Below are positions 27,943-42,689 of a DNA stretch of 64,000 bases, piece by piece (position 1 is the stretch's first letter; each line of letters starts with the position of its first letter). The position numbers and the translations under genes are program-made. The stretch lies in assembly GCF_009914755.1 (NCBI RefSeq), contig NC_060940.1. The stretch is one strand, 5' to 3'. This stretch comes from the human T2T-CHM13v2.0 reference genome, Homo sapiens. The notes below the pieces were generated by a model, which did not search any database, had not been told where the DNA came from, and was given only the letters and a program-made list of their open reading frames with translations.

Positions 27943-29030
27943 TCAGCTCCCAGCCCAGCAGACCAGGCCCTCAGGAGCCACTAGCTCCCTGTCTCCTGTC
28001 TCCTCCATGACTTTCTGCCTTTCCCCTCTGACCCACTGCCCTGTGCTCCCTGACAACCCTTAAACAATGGAGGACTTTCCTTTCTCTTCCAGCCCAGAAT
28101 ATGCTGCTCCTTCTCCCTGCAGTGCTTGTCCTCACCTCTCACCTAGCTGCTCCTGGCCTGAGCCTGGGTTCCCCAAGGCCTGGCCTAAGACAGAGACTTG
28201 GGGGTAGGTTTTTGGTAGGGTGATGCTCAAGAGAGGAGTGATGGGGCAGGAGGACAAGAGGGCAGGTGACAAAGTGACATGAGGGTGCCTTGCTGAGGTC
28301 ACCATTAGAGAAAGTGGCCCTCTAGGATGAGGACAGAGTGACCCTGGGGTGTCTGGCTGCAGGGCGAAAGGCTGGAGCATGTGTCCACTGGCCCCAGCCT
28401 GAGTCTTGGGGGTGTCTCTGGGGGTGTTGATGCCCCTTCACTTCCTGCAGGACTGGAGAAGGCCCCAGGGAATGGGCAGGAAGGCCAGGTACAGTTCTGC
28501 TGGGATGAGGTGAGTCTGTGCTTGCTAGACTGTCCTCAATAGCTGCAGCTGAAATGACAGGTGGCCGTGGGTCTCTAGTACAACTGCCCCCTTCCTTCTT
28601 CAAGACCCCGCTCCTCCAGGAAGCCCTCCCTGACCCCCAAGCCTTGGGTAGATGCCCCTCCTGGGCCTCCTGCAGAGGCCTCAGATCACAGCTGCCTGTC
28701 TGCTGTCCCCACTTAGCCATAAATTTCTATAAGGCATAAATGAGATGAGGTGATGGGCTTAAAATAAGGTAATGGAAACAAAGTTGGAGCCAAGGGGAGA
28801 GAACTATAAAGACGATCTGCATTTATAGAAGGCTGTAATAGGGTTTGAACAGTCCAGGGCTTGCCGACCCATGGAGCTGGGGTTGGGGTACAGCCACTTC
28901 CTTGCTCTGGGCCCTCTGAGGTGCGAGGTGCCATGGTGCCAGAATCCCACCAGGCAAAGCCACTCTCCAGCCTTCCAGGCAAAGCACTGCCCATTTCATC
29001 CTCACAGCAACCTTAGGAGGCAGCCTTTCT

Positions 29031-29341
<311 letters not shown>

Positions 29342-29531
29342 AGGAGGCAGCCTTTCTATCACGTCCATTTTATTCCAGAGGACGGTAAAGCTGGGAAGTT
29401 GTGTAAGTTGTCTAAGGCATTTGACCCAATTAGGTCCAAAGACTCTCTCACCTGCTCTCTCTCTTTCTCTCTCTCCACCCCTCTTCTCTGCACATCTCCT
29501 GATCACCCAAGAAGAAGGGGCTATGGTGGAC

Positions 29532-29888
29532 ATCATACCCACTCCTGTTCCATTGGCCAAAGGAAGTCATGTGGCCAAGCCCATGGTATCTGCTGCCATC
29601 CCATTGGTCAAAGCAAGTCACATGGCCCAGGCTCATCATATTAACTTCCATCCCATTGGCCAAAGCAAGTCACATGGCCAAGCTCATCCTATCTACTCCC
29701 ATCCTATTGGCCAAACTAAGTCACGTGGCTAAGTTCATCATATCCACTCCCATCCCACTGGCCAAAGCAGGCCGCACCACCAAGCTCGTTGCATTCATTC
29801 CTCTCCCACTGGTGAAAGCAAGTTACATGGTTGAGCTCATGGCATTCACTCCCATCCCATTGGCCAAAGCAAGTCACATGGCCAAGCC
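29532..29888. repeat. 51-bp minisatellite, 7 degenerate copies, derived from a MaLR (MLT1-type) LTR segment
   Basis: The cattgg core recurs at 29551, 29602, 29654, 29705, 29756, 29807 and 29858. Confidence 0.88.
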
Positions 29889-32032
29889 CAAAAGCCATGG
29901 GGTAGGGGAGCACTCTTCATGCCAAGGGGAGAGAAGAAGATGAAAGTCCACTGAAAAACAGTGACCTCCATTATATATGCAAACTCAGGGTGAGGCCCTA
30001 TCTTGGGCATTAGATGAGCTGAGTTGAAGGCTCAGCATGGCCAACAATTTGCTCTGCAGTCCTGAGGAAACCGTTTCCCCTCTGTGAGTCTCAGTTTGCC
30101 CGTGTCTGCAATGGGGTTAATTACATCATAAGACACCGGCTGTTGTGAGCAGCGAGATAATCCCCAAGGCTGCTGACAGTGAGAAGGAGGGCTGCCTAGG
30201 GTCCAAAGAGATGCAAGAGGCAGTGGCCAGTTTCCTGTCCACATCATCCCCCCAACACATACTGGTTCAGATTCAGTTCCATCTGAGCTGGGCTCCAGCT
30301 TGACCAGGTACCATGATGGCAGCTGCCGCCTCACTTCCAACACCATCTCCCGGACCACATGCCTGCTCACAAACCCTTTGGAATACTTCGGAGGCCCTCA
30401 GTGGCTTCACGTCTCATGGCCGAGGGTGGATTAGGCGGGGTGCCTAGATGCGGGGAGGACAGGCAGGCCTTCCCTTAAACAGTCAGCCAAGCATCACATG
30501 CCGCCTGTCAAAGGGGGGTTTCAGATGCGGGGATTATGAACACCAAGAGTACAATTTCCTGATAAAATAGAAGAGGCGATTAAGTTAATGAAGGCTCATT
30601 TTGCTGATTTGAAAACTATAATTAATAGACATTAATTGTATATTTAGAAGTTTAGTGTGGCGTGGGCTCAGGAGCCGTTGTCAAACACAATGACGTTGTA
30701 AGTACTGCATAATAGACCGAGCCCAGATGTTCCCCGAAGCCCCTCACGAGAGCTTTGCAAGGGGCTTCTCTAATGATAAAAGCTGCCTCTTGCTGTTCTG
30801 CTCTTCCTTTAATGACATCCTTTCTGAGACGATGCTTATCACTCGTGCTTTCATCTTTGGTTAAATAGCATATGGCCTCAGCTGATTAAAAACCCCTCCT
30901 GGTTTTAATCAGCAACTCGGGATCAGGTTTCTAATGGTGGCCGTGGTGGCCTTACCAGTCCCATGGTAAGGTTTTTGACCACATCTACATGTGGAGAAAG
31001 GGTGGTGGGAGTGAGGGGCTTGGAGCTGGCCCTGTCTGGGTCCTGGGTTGAAGGACAGCTGCTGTGGCCCTCCTGGAATGACCTGAGCCAGGGCCAGTTC
31101 CAGGGATGCCTTGGGGATCAGGCTGGGCTAGTTCAGGCAGTCTTCAGGGGACCAAGTTGGCTCAAGGCCAGGCCCGGCTCACCTTGGCTGTGGCTGGAAA
31201 GTTGGACTCTCAGATCCCCTCCTTCTTAGCAAAAGCTTCAATGTTTGAGGCAAACTCTGCAGGGTCCACCCAGCTAAGGAGGAAGAGGAAGGGCCACAGA
31301 AGAGACTCGAGCGATGGAATCAGATGATGGAGCTTGAATCCTGGTCCCACTGCCTGGTGGCTGTTTAGGCTGCACCAATTGGAGACTTGCTTTCTCATGA
31401 TCATCAGATGACCTCTGTTAAGTCTCTTTTTATCCCCATTGTACAGATGAGAAAACTGAGGCTCATTCCAGGGTTGAGAGCTGACTAAGCTTGGTCTGTG
31501 AGTCAGGAAGGATGGTGATGCTCACAAAAAAGGGACACAGAAATGGGGGCCAGGAACTTTGAGGAGGGACTGTTCAATCCCCTCCCTTCTCCGATATGAG
31601 CCCCTTAAGGAATGGGATGGGACCATGTCTGTCCTGGTCATTATGGGAGAGCCAGTGCTGAGCACAGTGCCAGGTCTATGTCAGGTCAGTCCCCAACAGG
31701 TGTTTTGAGAGGTAGTGATCCCATGGGAGGTAGCAGAGTGGACCGCAGCTGGTGGCATCCAGCAGGCAGGTGACAGATTTCTATTGATCGCTGGCTCTGC
31801 ACACACTCCCCCTGCGCTCTAGCTCCTCCTGCCTGCATGGGATCATAAGGCTCATTCTGGCCTATGGCTGGGAGTGGAAGTGCCTGGATGAAAGTATTTA
31901 AGAGCCAGTTCGTGTCTCTTTAGTTCTCTCTGCCCCTAAAGCCTCATGTTGACATGGCACAGCTGCAAGAGAGGAGGAGCCTGGTTTGCTGAGCTGTGGC
32001 ATGGAAGAAAAGCGTCTTGGTTACAGAAATCA

Positions 32033-32180
32033 GCTGGGTGTCAGTCCCAACTATTCAGGAGGCTGAGACGGGAGGATCACTTGAGTCCAGGAGGTCGAGG
32101 CTGCAGTGAGCCGTGATTGTGCCACTGCTCTCAGGCTGGCAACAGAGTGAGACCCTGTCTCAAAAAGAAAAGAAAAGAAA
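32033..32180 (+). mobile_element. Partial Alu (right arm) within an MLT1-like LTR
   Basis: Alu consensus with a (GAAAA)n tail. Confidence 0.8.
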
Positions 32181-32771
32181 TTATCCTGGAGAGTCGCCTG
32201 CATTGCCCTGGACTTTGTGAGCATGAGAAGTACCCTGTGATATGTGAAGCCATGGAGAGTTAAGGTTATTGTCTGTATGCAGACTTACATTCCTGCCACA
32301 GAACCCAGCCCATTCTGACTACAAGGCAGAGTTTCTGAACTGGAGTTAGAGAGGGAGGGAGGGCTGGATTCAGGGATCTGGCTGGTGTGATCCTAGTTTG
32401 ACAGGCTCAGGGTCATCTGGTCAACCCCTGCCTGGCACCCACAGCCCCTGGGCCATCCCCTCCTCTCTGTGTGCCAGACAAGGTAGGCTGTCGTATGGGG
32501 TCTCCTTGGTGGAGGAGGGTCCTCAGGAGGAGGCCCAGGAGAATGGGCCTGGAGGGACTTGGAGGTGGTGGCCCTTCCTTGCTTTGCCACCTTGCTTGAT
32601 ACAGGCCTGTGGGGAGAAGTGCGGGGGTCCTTATCCAAGCCCAGCCTCTGTAGCTGTGAAGGGTCCCCTAGACACTTGTGAACAGTATATTCTGGGCCCC
32701 CCACATCTGTTCTCAATACTAAATAATTTGTTTTCTTCTCTGAGCATATTTAATTCATTTAATGTCTGAGG

Positions 32772-32960
32772 CAGTGGCGCTCAAGCAGCAGTTAACATTG
32801 GAGTCACCCAGAGGCCTTGTTAAAACCCACCTTTCTGGCCCCACACCCAGAGCTGCTAATTCAGTGGGTCTGAGGCAGGGCCTGAGAATGTGCATCTCCA
32901 ACAAATTCCCAGATGATGCTGATGCTGCTGATCTAAGGACCATATTTGGAGAACCATTGG
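32772..32960. mobile_element. MER5A (hAT-Charlie) element
   Basis: ggccccacacccagag...ttcagtgggtctg...gggcctgagaatgtgcat...gatgctgatgctgctg, with cagtgg/ccattg ends. Confidence 0.8.
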
Positions 32961-33694
32961 TCTGAGGCTTCTATGCCCCCAGTTCTTGGAAAACCAGCCC
33001 CTCTCCCAGAGCACCTTGCCCTGGCATTGGTGCCCCACCCTGCTCATTCTGATCCTCACTGCATCCCCACGCTGCCAGCCTTTCCTCAACCCCAACTGCT
33101 ACCAGGGCCTGTAACCCACTGGGATAACTGTGAGGGGGTGGGGGTGGTCCAGGGCAGCCTGATCTCCCTGTGTCAGGCCTTCCTGACTTTCAGGACTGCT
33201 GTCTTTGTCCCAGACACACAGCCCCACAGAGACTTGAAGGCAGCTACATAATCATGACTCTTTTGGTTGCAAGTAACAGAATCCAAATTCAATGTGGTTT
33301 ATGCCTAAAAGAGAATTGATTGGCTCTGGAAAGATCCAAGAGCTAGCTCTAGGGCCTTCAGGCATGGCTGGATCCAGAAGCATAATCAGTGTTGTCAGTC
33401 TCCCTCTCTCCTAGCTGAAAAGTGAAGGAGGAAGCACTGAGTGGGTGCCAGGATAAGGAGGTGAGAGTAGGCATGCCAAAGTTCCTTGTCCCTGCTGGCT
33501 CAGTTCCCGAACCTGTATAGTGGGACTGTCAGGTTCAAGGAGAGGGACATTGGTTGCAGGACTCACAGGGTTGCAAGGACTTTTGATCATTTTTTCAGGC
33601 TGTCTGCTGGGTGGGAAGACACCCAGGCTGAGATCACAGCAAAGGCGTGACCTACGACAGGAATTCTTTCTGTGGTATCCCATTTGAATGGGCC

Positions 33695-34108
33695 TGATAA
33701 GGTTTGGATGTGTGTCCCATCCAAATCTCATGCTGAAATATGATCCCCAGTGTCGGCGGTGGGACCTGGTGGGAGGCATTTGGGTCCTGGAGGCAGATCC
33801 CTGATGAATGGCTTGGTGCCTTCCCATGGTAATGAATAGGTTCTCTGTAGGTTCATAGGAGAGCTGGTTGTTTAGAAGAGCCTGGCATCTCTCTCTGTCT
33901 CTATCTTGCCCTCTCTCTCACCATGGGATGCCCGCTCCCCTTCACCTTCCACTGCAAGTGAAAGCTTCCTGAGGTCCTCACTAGAAGCAGAGGCCAGGAC
34001 TATGCTTCCTGAACAGCCTGCAGAACGCTGAGCCAAATACATCTTTTTTCTTTATGAATTACCCAGCCTCAGGTATTCCCTTATAGTGATGCAAAATGGA
34101 CCAACACA
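33695..34108 (+). mobile_element. MST-type MaLR LTR
   Basis: tgata.ggtttggatgtgtgtccc...caaatctcatg...attacccagcctcaggtattcc...aaaatggac. Confidence 0.82.
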
Positions 34109-34370
34109 GGGCCTCAGTTTCCCAGTCTGTACTTGCGGCCTCTAATAGAGACTCTTCCAGTGTTGGCCTGTGATGAGGCTGGAAGGGGCTGAAATTGTGC
34201 CTAGAAATGTGGCTAGAGGTAGAAAAAACTGTATTTGCCAAGTCCTTAGGGATTGTTGCAGGGGGTGAGGTGCCTGAAGATACATGTTCAAGTGATAAAA
34301 GATCATCAGAAATGACTGTCTTTTGTCACAAATGAAAAGAAGTAACAGGTTAATCAAAAAAGACAGTTCA

Positions 34371-34820
<450 letters not shown>

Positions 34821-36148
34821 GAGAGTTTACATAGTCAGATGCAGCTTGATCTAGGAGTTTGAGATCATCAGGACAGGACTCAGCATCTGTCCATTTCCCA
34901 CCCTATCTTTTGGCTCCATTTCCGAAGTTCCTCTTGGCCAAACTCCCTGCAGCTCCAGGCTCACAGCCCTACCCCAAGCCCAGCAGGAAGGGGCGTCTTC
35001 TCCCTCTCTGAGCAGTCAATCTCAAAAAGCCCAAGATTGCTCCTGTTTGGTTCTGATTAGGTCACATGCCCAGTTTGAAGTCCATCGCTGTGGCCAGGTC
35101 TGAGTCATACACACAGCCCCAGCTCTGGGGATGGAGTCAGTGCCTCCTGAAGGGTGGGTACCCTAAAGCAAAATTAGGAAGCTCTGCCCGGGAGAAGGGG
35201 AAATGCAGGCTGAGCAGCCCACCCAACTGATGTCAACTACTGGCGCCAAATTATCAGCCTGCCTGAGGACCCCTCCTCTGCCCTTGCCTGCAGCCTCCTC
35301 CCTTATCTCTGCACCCCCACTCTACTCAATGCTAAAAGCCACCCAGCCCAAGATGCCTTGCGATTCTCCTTCCTCCAGGCGAAGGAAAGGGGGCTGCAAC
35401 CACATTCTCTCATTCGTTTCTCTGACATCTTTTGTCACCTATCAGGGGAACAAGTAATTCCTTTGATCATAGCAAAAGGAGGAAGAGTATTTAAAACACG
35501 GCCTGTGAAGATTTGCTAAGCAGAAATTGGGAAAGGCAGTCAGTGGCAGGTTTCAAAGCAGAAACATGATTTCTAGGCACCAGACTTGCTTGTCTGAGTA
35601 TTGTTAAAAAGGATGTACTCCACACACTCACCTGCAGCCTGGGTTTTTAAATGGGCCAAGGGACCCCGAGGTGGGGAGAGGGTCCCCAAGGGACTTGATG
35701 GGAGGGGTTTCTGGGAGGAAAGCGGCAGCTCAGAATTCCATTCATTATGCATTGGAGCCCAGCACAGCTGAACGCTCAGAGGAAGGAGTGCTGGGCTGCG
35801 AGCTTGAGAATTGGTGTTGCCCCTGGCACTCTGTGTGACTCCAGACCCGTCCTTTCCCTCTCTGGGCCTCAGCATCCATTCCGGATCAGGGGCCGGATCA
35901 GAATTCAGAATCTACCTTCTTTCCCTCAGGCCTCCTTCACATTTTCTGCCATATCCACCATCACCTGACCCTGCTTTCCATTTAATATGGAACATTTCTG
36001 TCACCACCATAAATGAAAGAAATGGTATCAGCCCATAATAAGAAAAACCACCACAAAAATACATACAGTGAAAAACAACGTGGCCATCGATTCTAGCTGG
36101 ACAACTGTGGCCTGCCCTAAGCAGCAGGAGGGGGCTTCCCTCTTGTTA

Positions 36149-36550
<402 letters not shown>

Positions 36551-36583
36551 TCAGTGTTTCTGAGGATCAAGAGGGCAAACACA

Positions 36584-36994
<411 letters not shown>

Positions 36995-37531
36995 CTAAGA
37001 ATGAGGGGAATCCCGTGAAAGCTTTGAGCCAGGGAGTGAGATGATCCATTTATCATTTTGAAAGGGCTGTCTGACAGCTGTGTGGAGAGTGGATTGGAGG
37101 AGGCAAGGCAGGAAGGAAACGGTGAAGGAGATGTTAGATTTGGGGGCAGTGGCGCCTGGGCGGGGTGGAACTGGGGAGGGGGGGATGGGGTGAGTTGGGC
37201 CATATTGGAAGGTAGGACTGAAAAAACTGGGAGGTGGATTCAAGGCCTGGTGTTTGCTCCGCCACCCCCAGATGTGGGTCCAGGGGCCAATGGATAAGGA
37301 GTGAAACAGACCCATCCCGCCCTCTAATAGAGGAAAGGAAGTAGAAAGGGAGCTGTACTTTAAGAGTGGCCCAGACAGGGTGCTGTGGGGCCCTCTGGGA
37401 AAGGGTGAGAGCTTTGACACTGCAGATAAGGCTGGATCAACTACCATTTGGTTCAGTCCCTGAAACATCACTTATTTCAGAAAATCCGGGGATGTCAGGT
37501 GAGCATGCTCCTAGGACAACCCTTTCGTTTC

Positions 37532-38122
37532 TGTTGTGGGTTGAATTGTGTTCCCTGTAAATATATGTTCAAACCCTAACCCTTGCTACATGTGATATGA
37601 CCTTATTAGGAAATAGGGTCTTCGAAGATGTCACCAAGTTCAAATGAGGTCATACTGGCTTGGAGTGGGTCCTAATCCAGTGACTGGTATTTTTATTAGA
37701 AGGGAGGAATTTGCTGGGCGTGGAATTTGCTAGGCATGGTGGCTCATGCCTGTAATCCCAGCTACTCAGGGGGATCGCTTGAGCCAGGAGTTCAAGACTA
37801 GCTTTGGCAACATAGCCAGACACTTATCTCTAAAAAAAAAAAAAAAAAAAAATCAGAGGGCGATTCGGGCACAGAAGCACACAGAAGAGAGAAGGCCATG
37901 TGAAGACAGAGGCAGAGACAGGAGTGAAGCAGCTACAGAGCGAGGAACGCCAAGTTTTGCTGGAAGCTGCCAGAGGCCAGGTGAGAGGCGTGGAACAGAT
38001 TCTTCCCTAAAACATCAGAGGGAGCATGGCCCCACCAACACCTAGATTTCAGACACCTAGTCTCCAGACCTTGCTTACACCTCTCAGTTTGTGTTTGTTA
38101 CCACAGCCCCAGGAAACATACA
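37532..38122 (+). mobile_element. MLT1 LTR containing a short Alu fragment (about 37713-37852)
   Basis: Starts tgttgtgggttgaattgtgt...gaccttattaggaaatagggtc and has the typical MLT1 3' end. Confidence 0.78.
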
Positions 38123-38647
38123 ATCTACAAGTAGAGAAATGGAGCCCCCAATAAGTGGAGGGACTGGCCCAAGTGCAGCCAGTGCTCCAGTTCATCTAAA
38201 CCCTGTGGAATGAAATCAGGGAGGGATGTCCTCCTGAAGAAGAATAACCAGCTGCTATTTCCAGTAAGAGCCAGGCAGGAAAAACCCAGAGACACCTAAT
38301 GCATGACTCGCGGTTCAGTGCTCCCTCCCGGGCGCCTCTGGCTCCTCCCCACCTGGGGAATGCTCTGGAGCATCTCATCACACCTGTAGACCAACCCCTG
38401 CAGCCTGCCCATAGCCCCGGAGTAAAGAGGCTGCAAAGACACAGGGGAAAATCTGTCTTGGCGAGGGCTGCTCTGCCGAAAGCCTGCTACACAAGGGCTG
38501 TGCAGTGAGGTGCAGGGAGAGGAGTCATGAGAGATGACCCCCAAGGAAAACAGCCAAGGGTCTCAGTGGACCCTCCTGCTAAACATGGTGATGCTGTATA
38601 GAAGTGGGGTCCTGAAATCTCATGACTGGATGATTTCATCCCAATGA

Positions 38648-39046
<399 letters not shown>

Positions 39047-40767
39047 TAGGAAAACAACCCTAGAGGCAAGAGGTAGGAGAGCTGAGTTCAAGTCTTTGCT
39101 CTTCTACTCATTCCTTCTGTGGCTCTGAGGCTCTTTTTCCATCAGCAAAACCATCCCAGTGGCTCCCAAATGGTGCTCCATCAAAGCCTAGGGGTGCCCT
39201 CGATAGGCCTAAGGCAGAGCTCCCTTGCTTCCCAGCTAGAAAAACTTGGCTTTGGCCTCTTTTACATGTTGAGTTTCTGTATCAAATTCCATTTGAAGAA
39301 AAGACTCTGTGGCTTAAAAAAAAGTCTGTACCTTGCACTGCAGCAGCTCTGTAATCCCTTCCAACCCAAATATCCCAAGATTCTCTATCAGAATGACAAA
39401 TGTTCTTCCAACAGCCTTCGTCCTGTTTAGAGGTTGTCATTAAGTGTTCTTTCTGCTGACTGCTTCCTGGAGAGTGGCCTCATGTTTATCCACAGGAGCC
39501 TTCATCTTCTGGGGCATGATGCTGCTGAGCACGATCTTCATGCTGGGGCCCTGGGGGACCCTGGGAGAGAGGAGAAAGCAAGCATGGGGACGAGGTGGCG
39601 CTCTTTTGAGAGCCCAGAGGCTTGGCATCCCAAGGCTGGGGAAGAGGCTTCAAGGAGAGCAGGCTGGGATGGGTGGGCAGGGTGGCACAGTGGGTAAAGC
39701 ACAGGCTCTGAAGTCAGATCCCAGCTCTGTCTCTTACAAGCCATGTGACTGTGGGCTAAGCTCTTGTTTTCAGTCCTTTCACCTTAAAATGGGGGCAGTA
39801 ATAAGGCCTACCTCATAGGGCCACTGTAAGGGTTAAGTGGGCCAAGTTCATAAGGTACTAAGCCAGGGCCTGGCATGAGTGCCCTCCACATACAAGGCAT
39901 GGGTAATTGGTGGCTATATTTATGTGGAGGCTGCTTGGAGTCTCAGAGCGAATCCAGGGAAGGCAGGAGCATTGGATGGACTGGTGCTGATCACTTCCTA
40001 TCCCAGACAGGTCCTTTCAGGAACCCTGTGCCAACACATCCCCAGATCTCACTACTGTCTACAGACAATGTATCAGCTAGCTATTCCTACATAACAAACA
40101 GCCCCAAAACAACAATAACATCTGATTTGAGTTCACAAAACACATGGCTGAGAATTGGCTGATCTTGGCTGAGTTCACCCACATGTCGGAGTGGGCTGGC
40201 GTCAACGGATCTCAGCTGCCCTTGGCTCAGATCCATGTGTCACCTCATCCTGTGTCTCCAGCCGGATACCCTGGGCATTTTCTTCTCATGACAACAACAG
40301 AAGCTCAAGGGGGCAAGTGAAATGCACGAGGTCTCTTGAGGCCAAGGCTTGGAGCTGGCACACTGTCCCTTCTGCCACATGACATGGGCCGAAGCCAGTG
40401 TCCAGGACAGCCCGGACTCAAAGGGGAGGGAAATTAACCGTGCTTGTTTAGTGACAAGAACTGCAAATGTGTGTGGCAAATGGCATGGAGACGAGGGATG
40501 AAGACCCAGGCCATCCCTGCAATTCACCACACACTAGTATGTTAAGGAGGTGCCTGTGAGGAACTTTTGGCCCCCTAGCTGGTTGCTATTCCTGATTCTT
40601 TCCTTAGGGAATCTGGGGCTTTGGGGTCAGAACACTGTGCTCGCCTCAGGCTCAAACTCTAGCTCTGTCTGACTGCTATCATACTTGGTGCCTAATAAAT
40701 ATTGACTTTATATTTGCTGCCCCAATTTATTCTTTTATTAACATATTTATATTTTTAAATTTTAACA

Positions 40768-41249
40768 TTTTGTTTTTGTTTTCTGTTGTTTTTTGGTTTG
40801 TTTTTTGTTTTTTTGAGACAGAATCTCACTCTGTTGCCCAGGCTGCAGGGCCTTGGCACGATCTCGACTCACTGCAACCTCTGCCTCCTGAGTTCAAGAA
40901 ATTCTCCTGCTTCAGCCTCTCAGGTAGCTGGGATTACAGGCTCCCACCACTACACCCAGCTAATTTTTGTATTTTTAGTAGAGGCAGGGTTTCACCATGT
41001 TGGCCTGGCTGGTCTCAAACTCCTGACTTTAGGTGATCCGTCCGCCTCGGCCTCCCAAAGTGCTGGGATTACAGGCATGAGCCTCCGCACTCGGCCAATT
41101 TTAACATTTTTAAATTTTAATTTCTTTTTGTAGAGACAGGGTCTCACTATGTTGGCCAGGCTGGTCTCAAACTCCTGGCCTCAAGTGATCCTCTCACCTC
41201 AGCCACCCAAAGTGCCGGGATTACAGGTGTGAGTTGCTGCACCCAGCCT
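40768..41249 (-). mobile_element. AluS (about 40768-41096) plus an Alu left monomer (about 41121-41249)
   Basis: Reversed Alu consensus. Confidence 0.88.
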
Positions 41250-41475
41250 ATTAAGATATTCTTATTGTGAAATAGAACACACGGAGAAAAGTGCATAAAA
41301 GTGTACAGCTTAACAAATTATTACTAAGCAAATACTTTTACAACCATCACCCTAGAGTAAGAACTGAGACTCCTCACTGTTCCCATCCCAGTCAAAACCT
41401 CCTCACCCCCTCGAAGTGATAACCACCATCTCAACTTTTATAGTAACCCTTTCTGCTTTTTTTAATTTCAGGAGT

Positions 41476-41993
41476 TGTGATGGTTAATTTTATGTCAGCT
41501 TAACCGGGCCATGGGATGCCCGGATGTCTGCTTAAACATTATTTCTGGGTATGTCTGCTAGGATAGATTAGCATTGGAGTTGATGCCCTGAGTGTGACAG
41601 ACGGTCTTCCCCCATGTGAACGGGCATCTTCCAACTCACTGAAGGCCTGTTCGGAACAAAAAAGGCAGAGGACCGTTGGATTTGCCTCCTCTCTGATCGC
41701 CAAGCTGGAGCCTGGATCTCCTGCTCTTAGCATTCTTGGTTCCCAGGCCTGCAGACCTGGACTAGAGTCTACACTGTCAGCTCGCTGGCTCTCAGGCCTT
41801 CAAACTGCACCACCGGCCTTCCTGGGTCTCCAGCTTGCAGATGGCAGATGCTGGGACTTCTCAGCCGCCATAATTCTAGGAGCTCATCGCTTATACTAAA
41901 TCTCATTATATGCAAATATATAGACATATACTATATGTCCATATCCATATCTATCTCTGCTCTTGGTTCTTTTTCTCCGGAGAACCCTAGTAC
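41476..41993 (+). mobile_element. MLT2 (ERVL) LTR nested in an old L1
   Basis: Starts tgtgatggttaattttatgtc...aaacattatttctgggt and ends ggttc...ggagaaccc...taca; L1M-like flanks at about 41250-41470 and 41995-42450. Confidence 0.78.
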
Positions 41994-42689
41994 AGGAGTT
42001 TTGCCATCTAAGCAAGCATGCTTCAGCCCTCTGGTTGAGTCCGACCTGCCCTTGGCCTTCAGGAAATGGAACCACACAGGCTGCATCCGTCTGTGTCTGG
42101 CTTCTTTCATGCAGTCTCTTGTGAGGTTCATCCACTTCCTTGTGTCCAAGCATAGCTTGTTTCATAACTGCCTCATGTTCCACATAAGAATACCCCAAGT
42201 CCCTTCTCTGTTTTATGGTTCGCAGACACTTGGGTTGTTTCCAGCTGGGGGACAGTATCAGGAGCTGTTCCTGCTGTGCAGTTGTGGTACATGTCTTTTG
42301 GTGAGCATGCTTGCCTATCTGTCTATAGGGTATATTCCTAAGGGCGGCATTGCTGGGTACTTACAGGACAGTTTACGTTCAGCTTTGAGGAATGGTGCCA
42401 AATGGTTTTCTTAAGTGGTTGTACCATTTATACTCTAACAAGCAGGGAACGTCATTTCTCTTTTCTTTTCCTCCCAGCCTCCTTCCATTTTCCTTTCTTA
42501 TACTTATTTATCCAACCCACATTACTCACAGTCTCTATAGCCTTGTGTGTCTACTGGTGAATTAAAAGGTCACTAGTGGTGTCCTCTGGGAGTCCTCTTC
42601 TCACTCCCCCAGTTCAGTAGGCAGATGGGTGGGGAGTCCCCCACGCCATCTGGGTCCTGAAAAGGTGGGAGATGGGATCTGGGAGGAGC

